Shown: positions 23,701 through 35,700 of the stretch, one piece after another
How positions within the stretch are numbered: the stretch's first letter is position 1
Layout: the number at the start of each line of letters is the position of its first letter
Assembly (NCBI GenBank): GCA_001938485.1
Contig: MQRK01252856.1
Span: 1 to 50,929 of the forward strand
DNA length: 50,929 bases
Direction of reading: 5' to 3'
From: Girardia tigrina
Lineage: Eukaryota
The notes under the pieces: model-generated
Seen by the model: only the letters and a program-made list of their open reading frames with translations
What the model was told of the DNA's origin: nothing
The model's database searches: none
Made by a program: the position numbers and the translations under genes

Positions 23701-26700
23701 TCTAGGAAAGGTGTAGAAAACAACAAGATTGGTCCCACATGGTCTCTCTTCCCGAAACAAGGACGATAGAATGAATATCGCCATGGCTCACCTCACCCAC
23801 CACCGAAGAAAATCGAGACGAGAATTGGGTGTATTATGATAACCCAGAATGAAAGAGGCAATGGGAAGACCCCGGAACTTCATCAACTTACACCCCAAAA
23901 CGCAATATTCATGGCAAGAAGGTTCTTCTGTGTATGTGGTTTGACATGAAGGCCATTCTTTATTATGAGCTGTTGGATCACGGGAAAACGGTTACCGCAC
24001 AACGCTATTGCGATCAGCTATCTACGCTGAACGAAAAAATCAGCGAGTTAAGGAAATATGTGGGCCATAGTGGACGCAAGGTCATACTGCTATATGATAA
24101 CGATAGACCACATGTTGCGTCGGTGACGAAAAATATGATTTTAGCGCTTGGATGGGAGGTTCTACAGCATCTGCCCTATTCACCGGACTTGACTCCAACA
24201 GATTTCCACATATTTCGGTCTCTCCAACATAATTTCACTGGACAACATTTCAAAACACGCGATGAAGTCAAGAAACGCATAGATGACTTCATTGATTCAA
24301 AAGATGAAGACATTTTCACCAAAGGCGTCTATTTGTTGCCACAAAGATGACAAAAGACCATAGATGCTAAAGGTGAATACTTTGAAGATTAATCGTTCGC
24401 CACTTTGCTTTAAAAAATAAATAGCTGTAATTAAAAATGGTCGGAAATTTATGCATCACCCTAATAAATTGACTATGGAGATTAAAGAAAAACGAATAAT
24501 TTAATTTAATTTTAAATCGAAAAAAAATTTTAGAATAAAATAAATCATATCAAAAATTTTATTTCCATTATGAAAATAATTTAAATAGTTTTGCTAACGG
24601 ATTTTTGTTTGATCCTATATTGAGCGGAGAGTTACTAAACCCTTGGTTGAGTTTGGATTGATCAGTAGACTGATTTGAGAATAAACCATAATTGAAAGTA
24701 TTTTGTTCAGCTAGACCTTTCCTTACTGGACTACCGACCGGATTCAGTGAACTTGGATAGTTATTAAACGTTTTATTACGTTTAACTTTAGAAATTGGTT
24801 TATCTAAAACAAAAATAGAAAACCCAATAACTGTTAGAAAACAAGTACCATTAGAGTGAGGATGAATTCTTGACACTTCCAGATCGTCGATGTTAGTTTC
24901 CAACAGTTTGTTGGACGAAGACGTCTCAGATTCCGAACAACGATCATCATCAACGATAACTGTTTTATCTGCGGCTTTTATCTCACTTGAATTTCTAATT
25001 TAAATAAAATAATAACAGTTTAGATTTATTTAATTTTTTTTAATAATTATAAATCACATTTTTAATAATTACTTAAATAATGAACTATTGAAAAATAAAT
25101 AATCATTGTACTATTTTTTTAAAAAAAACCTGCATGAAAATAACTCTATTTTACCACGTTTTTATTAGCTTGCTTTCTTGTCTGGAACAAATCTTGCGAT
25201 TGATTTTTCGACCACTTTCAGTCATCCAATTGAGCTGAATTTTTTTATACAGGCTTGCTTCCNNNNNNNNNNNNNNNNNNNNNNNNNNNNNNNNNNNNNN
25301 NNNNNNNNNNNNNNNNNNNNNNNNNNNNNNNNNNNNNNNNNNNNNNNNNNNNNNNNNNNNNNNNNNNNNNNNNNNNNNNNNNNNNNNNNNNNNNNNNNNN
25401 NNNNNNNNNNNNNNNNNNNNNNNNNNNNNNNNNNNNNNNNNNNNNNNNNNNNNNNNNNNNNNNNNNNNNNNNNNNNNNNNNNNNNNNNNNNNNNNNNNNN
25501 NNNNNNNNNNNNNNNNNNNNNNNNNNNNNNNNNNNNNNNNNNNNNNNNNNNNNNNNNNNNNNNNNNNNNNNNNNNNNNNNNNNNNNNNNNNNNNNNNNNN
25601 NNNNNNNNNNNNNNNNNNNNNNNNNNNNNNNNNNNNNNNNNNNNNNNNNNNNNNNNNNNNNNNNNNNNNNNNNNNNNNNNNNNNNNNNNNNNNNNNNNNN
25701 NNNNNNNNNNNNNNNNNNNNNNNNNNNNNNNNNNNNNNNNNNNNNTTAGGTATAAAATTTCGCACATGTCTAGAAAAAAAATTATTTTCCTCTTTTTAGT
25801 GCATTGGTAATGCTTGAAAAACGTGGTTGTTTTTATAAAAAATTTTTTTATTAATAATATTTTATTTATAAATTTATACATTTAAAAAAATATATTATAT
25901 TCAATTAACTATGTTTACTAGTGATCTTGCAAACATTGAAGGGTGAAGAACCAAGGATGAGTCTAATTTTCCACGCTTCTAAACTTGGGAGTTTCTTGGG
26001 GGACCTTATTTAAAATTTTTAACAAAAAATTTAATAAATATATTTTAGAATTTACAAGAAAAAAAGTTTAAAAAATAATTAAAGGTATAAGATTGAAATT
26101 TTTAAAATAGATTGTTAGTTATACTTTTCCTACTTTACATTTACCGAAACAATTCAATGGAAAATAACCATATAATCGGTACGTAAAATTCTAACAAAAT
26201 GATGAAAATAGATTGGATCAGTACATCGTTTTATTTCCCCTTTTAACACTCAAACACTAAAGTTCTCCATGAGGTAGAAATGCTTTACTATTTGTGTGTT
26301 TCCAAATCATTCTAACTTACCCAAAGGTTCCAAGAAGCTCCTTCAATTGATCAAGGTTGAAACAGTGGTTTAAAATTAGTCAAATAATCAATTTTGGTGG
26401 GAAAATATTTTAAATCTTGAAGGACCTCAAAGATAAGAAATATTTTTACTTATGTTAAAATTTAATAGCAACATGATTTAATCAAATTTTATATTCTCAT
26501 TGTAATTTGGCTGATACCTAAGCTTCACTGATTATTTTGATAAGTTTCTCGATATAAATTTTAACATTTTAAAATTCTACACTTCTATATTACAGAAATG
26601 TAAATACAAGCTGTGTCGTAAAAAACGGCGTTTTCTCTGAATCATCGTATAGCCTGGTTTTCTCTAATACATGGTGATCATAAAGTAACTACCGGGTTTT

Positions 26701-29700
26701 AAACTGCAATAACTTTTTTTGGCAAAACATTATGAAAAAATGGTTTTAAATAACAAAAAAGCATTTATTAAAATCTAATAATATTCAACAGAATAACCAT
26801 CGACATCAATACAATGTTTAAGGCGTCCATGAAAAGACTTAATGGCATTTTGGCACATTTCACCATCTATTTTTGCCGCTTCTTGACAAATAAAATCTTT
26901 AAGTTGCTGAATTGTTTCTGGTTTTCTCTTATACACTTCATTCTTCAAATACCCCCACTCAAAAAAATCGAGTGGTGTCAAATCAGGTGACATGGCCGGC
27001 CATACATATGGACCACATCGTCCCAGCCAACGTTGTGGAAACGCTTCATCCAGAAATTGTCGCACAATCAGTGAATTATGTGGAGGTGGTACATCTTGGT
27101 GGAACACAGCTTTCCGTTTGCATGTTCTTGATAACGATGACATAAAGCAACTTTTTAACATATCCAGATAAAGCGCCGCTGTTATGTTTCCTTCAATAAA
27201 AAAGGGCCCATAAACACGAGTTGAAGACAACCCAATCCAAACATTAACTTTTTCACTAGCCTATGACCTCTGATATGTTTCGGTTGATATTTCAGTGCCC
27301 CAAATGAGACAGTTATGTCTCTTTACAATAAAGATGGAAAGTTGAATCATCAGAGAATATCAGGTTACTAAGAAAATTTTCTTCTGCATCTATTGATTGA
27401 ATTAACGTTTCACACATTATCTAAAGTGCGTTATGTCTGGACCTGTATTTTTCTAAAGATACTATTTCAAAACAAATGTCTTATCATCTTGAGAAGCAAA
27501 AAAGTCTGGTTAGTACAATTGAAGTGTTTATACAGTGTGTTTGAAAAATTTAGGCAAATTCGACATCAATAGTTCTGGGCACAAATGGGTTAAATAAACA
27601 TGATTTAAAATTATTCGTTTTAATTGACTTATTCATTGATTGCAGTATTACCAGATAATATATTGATATATTCTTGGCACAAAAGAAGAGTAAAGAAAAA
27701 CGAATTTTCGATCATTTATCTTTCCTAATCTGATAAACACTTCATCCTGTCTTAGTTTTTTTATTCCAGACAACGTAGTTTAAATTAATTATTACGTTAC
27801 GAACATCCAATATAATTTCAAATAATTTACTCTGATTCCTTTTCACTGGTTTCCATTTCATATATATTTGAATCAAAACTTTGACTATCGATCTTCATTT
27901 CATTAGAATTTTCTTTTATTGTAATGTCTGAGTATGGAGAAACGGCCAATCTATGAGGCTGTGGTCTGGGTCTCTTTTCATCGCTATCTTTGTGAATTTT
28001 TTGAGAATTGGATTGAGTAAAATCTAAAAATTTTATTAATTTCAAAAGGAAATAAAAATAGATAACCATAAGTAGCTGGTCCATTAGCACTAGAACCAGT
28101 ACTGCTACAGCTTGATGAAGGCTGTTTGTCAATAGGGGGATCTATATCAATTGAAGTCGTCGTTGTATGAGTAGTTGGTTTACGATAGAACCTCGAACTT
28201 TGAGATCGATTATGCGAAATAACATTTCTAGGATTTTCTTGGGCTATTATTAAAAATAAGAATCATTTGAAATTTTAATTAGCAATAATAAAAACTCAAA
28301 CACATTAATAAAAATTAAAAGAAGTCCCATAAAATTTGAAGATAAAATTTTTTTCTAGCTCTTTACGAAATAAAATGTAGTTTGGCTTCACATTACCAGT
28401 TTTTTATTATTTGAAAGAAGTTGTACAACAATAATTATTAGGCATAATTAAATAAATAATTATAAAATAAAGTATCAAGAGATTAATAAAATTGTTATCT
28501 AAATTATAATCCGAAGGATTATAAATATTGTTTATTAAATAGTGTACCAAACAGGATATTGGAATTTTAGAAGAATTCAGAATACATTAATTAACGTCTA
28601 TTCATATAACCTCCAATTAATTTACACTACAAAATGAAGCAGTGCCATAGAAGCAAGGCATAAAATATTTGATAATTAGGCTATTTCTGTTATATTAGGT
28701 GTACAAGTATGAAATGCGGATTTCAGAAAACGGATTGTGCACAATGCAAAAAGTAGGTCAATGGTTAGGCAATGATGTCATAATATTGAGTAATTATGTA
28801 GTGTCTCATACATAACTCATAAATTGATAAAGCGTTTTAATAATTCTTGTATTCCTGTGTTTTAGATGTCCAAATTTATGCCAAGCAGGGAGCATTCGCG
28901 GACGGAACTAATTTTTTTTACCATCTAAAGAAAACTGCTGCTGAATCATACCGATTACTCCAAGAAGCTTATGGTGAATATGCCCCATCGCAAGATACAT
29001 GTGAACGATGGTTTCGGCGCTTCCANNNNNNNNNNNNNNNNNNNNNNNNNNNNNNNNNNNNNNNNNNNNNNNNNNNNNNNNNNNNNNNNNNNNNNNNNNN
29101 NNNNNNNNNNNNNNNNNNNNNNNNNNNNNNNNNNNNNNNNNNNNNNNNNNNNNNNNNNNNNNNNNNNNNNNNNNNNNNNNNNNNNNNNNNNNNNNNNNNN
29201 NNNNNNNNNNNNNNNNNNNNNNNNNNNNNNNNNNNNNNNNNNNNNNNNNNNNNNNNNNNNNNNNNNNNNNNNNNNNNNNNNNNNNNNNNNNNNNNNNNNN
29301 NNNNNNNNNNNNNNNNNNNNNNNNNNNNNNNNNNNNNNNNNNNNNNNNNNNNNNNNNNNNNNNNNNNNNNNNNNNNNNNNNNNNNNNNNNNNNNNNNNNN
29401 NNNNNNNNNNNNNNNNNNNNNNNNNNNNNNNNNNNNNNNNNNNNNNNNNNNNNNNNNNNNNNNNNNNNNNNNNNNNNNNNNNNNNNNNNNNNNNNNNNNN
29501 NNNNNNNNNNNNNNNNNNNNNNNNNNNNNNNNNNNNNNNNNNNNNNNNNNNNNNNNNNNNNNNNNNNNNNNNNNNNNNNNNNNNNNNNNNNNNNNNNNNN
29601 NNNNNNNNNNNNNNNNNNNNNNNNNNNNNNNNNNNNNNNNNNNNNNNNNNNNNNNNNNNNNNNNNNNNNNNNNNNNNNNNNNNNNNNNNNNNNNNNNNNN

Positions 29701-32700
29701 NNNNNNNNNNNNNNNNNNNNNNNNNNNNNNNNNNNNNNNNNNNNNNNNNNNNNNNNNNNNNNNNNNNNNNNNNNNNNNNNNNNNNNNNNNNNNNNNNNNN
29801 NNNNNNNNNNNNNNNNNNNNNNNNNNNNNNNNNNNNNNNNNNNNNNNNNNNNNNNNNNNNNNNNNNNNNNNNNNNNNNNNNNNNNNGTATCCACAATTTG
29901 AGATATAGATGGGACAAATGTATCATTAGTAATGGAGCATATTTTGAATAAAGATTTTTTTATCGTTCTTTTGTTTTTAACGTATTTCTTTTCAAAATTT
30001 AATCCACATTTCATACTTGTACACCTAATAATGTTTCACAGATAGAAAAGATAAGAATATTGTGATGATTTGACGAACTCATAAATTTTTGAATATTTAA
30101 AATAAGCAAATATTTAAAATCAAAAGTTCTTGAAAAGAATTATAATTAAAATATCTCTAATTAATTTTAAAATATAATTCTCAGAAATAAATTAATGAAA
30201 TTTTATTTGCTAAAATGTAATTTTTAAAACAGATAATTTTTACAAAATTAAAGCTATTTGAACATTTTATAACTAATGTTTATATATTTTATAATTAATT
30301 TAATGTTTATATATTTTATAATTTATTTGTCATAAAAATAAATATTTGGAGTTATAAATTCTATTATTGACATCGAATCCAACAAATATGTAAATAGATA
30401 TAAGAAAAGATGACTTGTTGGTTTTGCTTCTTGTGAGGAATATTTGGAATGTTAATGTTTTGTGTATTGTTTGCATATTTAAATGTTATGTGTTGATTTG
30501 GGATCGTGTGTCTCCTAATCAGATGGATGATTAATATTTTGATTCTTATTATCTGAAACTAACTTATTCAAATTTTTAATTTATTATTATTGTAAATTTT
30601 AAATAATTTTAATGATTTTATTTTTGTAAATTTTTAAATAATTAAATCAAATTAATGTTGTTAAATGATTCTAAAAAGTAATGTTATTAAAACCAACAAA
30701 ATAGTTTAGATTTTAGATAAGTATTAAACACTGAGTGACGAATTTAAGCGAAAGCAATACAATTGATTGTCATAGAAATGATTCAAATTGTGAATGTAAT
30801 AAATGTTCTACCAAATGTGTGAGTTCTCTTAACATTTGTTATTACGGACTAAATTTTATTTTTCCTTTTTCCCTGTACATTGTTTTCTGATTACAAATTC
30901 TCTGGTTTTCAAAAATTCTTTTAAAAGTTTTGACCTTATTAAAATGTCAATCATTAAAACATTAAAAACAATTTACAATTCAGGCTTGAAATGTTAAAAT
31001 CTTTTTTTTGCTTATGTGAAACTATATCTGAAATTATTCAAAACTATTTTCAGAGAATTATAAAACTTCAATGTTGAACACTTAAAGAAAGTAGCACAAA
31101 AGGCTTATCAAATTAAAGAATAAAAAAATTAAGTTCGGGGTTAGTCACTTGTGAACGATAAATCAAATTGTATATTTCAGGTAAGTTCAAGTAATACAGA
31201 TAACACATCATATAAAAGAATTAAGCATAAGGAGGGAAACCAGGTGAACCATAAAACCATAAAAACTGAAAATGGTTTCCTGAATTGCCGAATTATTTTA
31301 ATATATGTCAACATCACACTAGATCATATCTTGAAGATTTTTTTAATGCCATTAACAAATCCTCAATAAATTTTACTTCGGTACAGTTGCCAGACCACAA
31401 TTATCACGGATACCTTAGTTTTGAAGTAAGTTTATAACCACTACACATCAATAGTATGGGACACTATCATGTTAATACCCTAAATCCTGAATTGAGCTTG
31501 AAGAAGGGAAACATGATACCAAAGAGGATGTAAGTAAAACTTACAATTTATAGCCCCGTAACCAGCAACGAGGGTTCTGGTAAGTGATAAAACCCCACAA
31601 CATCTCTTAATCAACAAATGCTTATATGAATTACTGTATGCGTAATTCTTATGACTGCTATTTGATTTCGGTACACCCAATTACCTCAATTGACTGACAT
31701 TGATTGTTGTTTCGTTGCGAAATGTCACGGTCCTATTTTGCTCCAATGTACATCGAGAATTTTGTGGAGCCCATCTAAGACAGAATCATTGTGAAAGTAT
31801 TCTTCCAAAAAACCAAAGAAGTTTTTCTGGTAAATGACTATTAACAAGGTCGAAATGAACTATTTCATTTATAATAACGTTTCGAAAAGAATCAAAATAG
31901 TTTTTTTTGAAAACTTTCTCAATATATTTTCGACTTTTTCATAAAACAAATGTATATATTGTATAGTAATCAATTGCCATAATAACTGATCCGTCACACT
32001 CAAATGAGTCCTGTAAATCAATAAGTGTTTAACTTTGTTTAACATTAAAAACTGGTACAAATTGATGTGATTTTACCATTATCTAATAGGTTTTCTGGTT
32101 TGTATAAATCCAAACCTAAATGATTAACTATTTTAATAAGTCGTCACTTTTTCCTTCTGCAATTTTATCAATTACTTGAATAAGAATTTTTGTCTTATAT
32201 AAAGTTTCGTATAAGTTTCATATTAATAATAGCATTTCCCCCGTATTTTCAACATTTATATACAGATAACTCTCAAACCAGAGGGATAAATGTATAAAAT
32301 TCTTGTCTAGAATGTATATATTGTATATTATCTCTCCAGTAAAATTCGGAAAACACCAGTGAGGTACCGGTCACCAGATCAAACAGTGGTAGTCGGTGCC
32401 CCTTTATCGTACGGAGTGACTCTGCCCAACGAGGATGATCATATGTGTCGATAATGCTCCAAGCTCCGTTGGGCTCATAGATCATCGGTCAGTGCATCGT
32501 TGCATGTCGGTCCCGCGACCGACTCGTGGTGGTTCCCCGTTGTGTGTCGATTTCCGTTCGACGATCCGTCCCGTCTCGGATGATATTCGATGATGATTTG
32601 TGTCCCCATCTTCCACTCAACGACTATGGGTGAATAGACCGTGTACCGATACCTAGAGTGAGGCGTCGGTCGGTCCGGAATGAACGATTCCATTTTGTGT

Positions 32701-35700
32701 ATCGATTAAAGGAATGAATTATCGGAAAAGAATTAAAAAGACGATTTTATTGGGAAACATATATTTTGTATATTCAAAAATTGTAATTTTGATTTTAACA
32801 CATTTAATTTACTGAAACAAAAATATAAATTGAAAGCTTTTTTTCAATTTTGACTTTTTAATTGTCAGTTTTTCTGAATACTACAGCGATGTTATATTTT
32901 AAATTGATAAAATCGATCATGGTACTGGCTAAAATAAGGCGATTTCCGATTTCCAATATTATTTCCAATGTGCATTACCTTGCGTCTTAATGTATCTCAT
33001 TCGACATGCCAAAATTTCAAGTTCCCCATAGCAAAATCTAAATGTAGTTCATCGAAAAGTATTTCAACAAGGTTCCTTCGAGTTATAATTTGAGGGTGAT
33101 CTTTATAACTAATAAACTGTCGAGATATTTCTCAAATAAATCAAAAACTCCATCGAGTGTCCAAGTTAATCTGATATATCAATTTTAATGTCACAAGTGT
33201 GAATCCTTGTACATTGGAAAAAATCGTCATCTCTGCACTAGAATAGCTGATCACACCCAATTGAGTAGGAATAGCTCGATTCTAGATCACATAAAAAATA
33301 CAGAAATAGAGATAAAGTTAACTATGAGTCTGAATTTACAGTCTTGAAGAAAAACTTTGACACAAATCATGAGAGGATATTCACTGATCGTATTATTAAT
33401 AAAGCATTTAAAAGCATGCTTAAATGTCCAAAGTGAATTATGCAATCATATTAAAATTTTTTATATTTAAAAAAAGATTAATTGTGTAATAGTTAATGTA
33501 CCATGTAAATGACTTATCCGAAATTATTTCATGACTGATGATGCCGTAATGGCGAAACATGTCTTGTATAATAAAAAACTAATATATATATATATATATA
33601 TATATAATATAACAATAATATAAGCTAAAGGGAAAACAGTGAAGACCCCAAATAATCAATACTGTATTCTCTTTAGAAAGAGGATTCTTATCATAAGAGC
33701 TGATTTTATCTAAGAATATTTTGACAATTTTACATTTAGCAGAAAGATTGAAGTCTTACAGTGTAATATTACTAAAGATCATTATTTTAAAATTCATTGT
33801 ACAAAGTTTCAAATTTCCTAATAAAATTAAAAATAAAAATCTATAATTATTACAATAGAAAACCTTCAAGTTTATCGATTAAGAATGTTTATATTTTGTT
33901 TTAATTTTCATTTAGAAATACTGTAATACAAGTTTATTTATTTTTAGTAATTTTTAATGGGTCGAAATTAAAAAAAAATACTTTTTTTAATTGATCAAGT
34001 AAAATTGCTTATTCTATATTTGATAAAAAGTCTAAATACAATTTCCTGTTTTAGTAAAACGTACTTTTTAGCTGGTCTTTTTTGTATAATTAATGTTTCA
34101 GTTAACAACCATTAATTGATTACTCAAAAATTTAATTTTACCATTCCCTCTTTACACATTTGAAAATAAATCTAATTTTATATATTTATAATGAAAAATT
34201 GAATTTCTGACGATCTCATCATTTTATTAATTATTATTATTTAATCAAACTGGATGAAATTCATTAATTTAATTAAAATCTATAAGTATGGACCTTAGTC
34301 AACCAAATTTCTTATTTTATATAAAGGAAAAAGTAATGTACCGGGATTTTTCGAAAATAAGCGTACCTGCGCTGATTTTTTGCTTCCATATGAATTGATC
34401 AAAAAAATAATTGGTCAATTCGAGGTAAAATGCCAGTTTCCAAAAATAAGCACATGCGCTTATTTTCGGGGACAAAGTGAAACACCTACAAACATAAAAA
34501 AAACTAAATAGAAGAGCATGCGCTTATTTACGGAAAATCCCGGTACCATTCAACAGCAACAACATAGAAAAATTAGTGGAGTTAATAAAATTTATTTCAA
34601 ACTAATGAAATTCATGTTTCAATATTTTTTATATTTTTTCAATATTTTTTTGATAAAAATCCAATTAACATTTAAATAAAAGAAACGAGAATTCTTCGAA
34701 AAACGCCATATGGTGTATATGAGAAAAATTTATATTCATTAGAAATCGGAAAAGCTCATTCAACTTAATGGATCCTACTTGATGTTGCAATGATTGTATT
34801 GGATTCAAAGATCCAAAAACTAAAACAAGGAAATCACGTACATTATGTGTTATTCTTTTGTAATCATATTCTTACTATTAACAGGATACATCTTTTTCTT
34901 TCTGAAATTATATTTTTAGTTAATGTCATGTCATATTCTTCTCTACTAACATCTACTAGCGTGACGATGAAGGATCCCATGCAACGATATTTTGAATTCC
35001 TTTTAACTGGTTCATGGGTTATCAAAGGCTGAATCCCAATCTAATCTTATAAAGATTTTTTATTCATATCTCATCAATAAATATTATTTTCGTTATTTTA
35101 CTACCGTTCCTTAATGATAACTTCAACGTGACAGAACTTCCCATATTTGTTCAAAAATCTATTGTGTGCGGTTTCATTCTTCGAGTCTTCTGCAATTTTT
35201 TCAAATTCGGTAAATAGTGTTTGTAGAGACATTATGTTTTCGACCTTATACAAGTCTATCTATTTATACTTTGTAAATTATATTTAGACTTTTTTTTATC
35301 TTTAGTGATGTTTAACTTTGAATAAATAACAGAAGTTGAAATGTCGTTGAAATATTAGGTTGGTCGAAAAATAATGGCGGTTTTTGAGCTTTATACTTTG
35401 TTTATCTACTTTGATATGTATATAAGTTTAAATGCATTAGTGTTAGATATTATTTGAAATCTTATGCCTAGCTGTATATTCCTATAGCCATTATTAACAT
35501 AGTGCTGTTATTTTTTAGAATATTTACGGAGCTAAATTAATAATGGAAAAAATTAAAATTCGAGCAATTTTCTTGTACGAATTTAAAGTGGGTCGTAAAA
35601 CAGCAGAAACGGCTCGCAATATCAATAAAGCGTTTGGTAAGGGAATAGCTTCTGAGCGCACAGTGTAACGATGGTTCCGAAAATTTTCTGATGGAGATGA

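Noticed and set aside
28847-30014. Long X-filled ORFs in the ORF track
   Set aside because: Artefacts of N-gap translation; only the mariner ends are supported.
30700-32230. Moderately complex sequence with short ORFs
   Set aside because: No motif, TIR pair or consistent splice structure could be supported.
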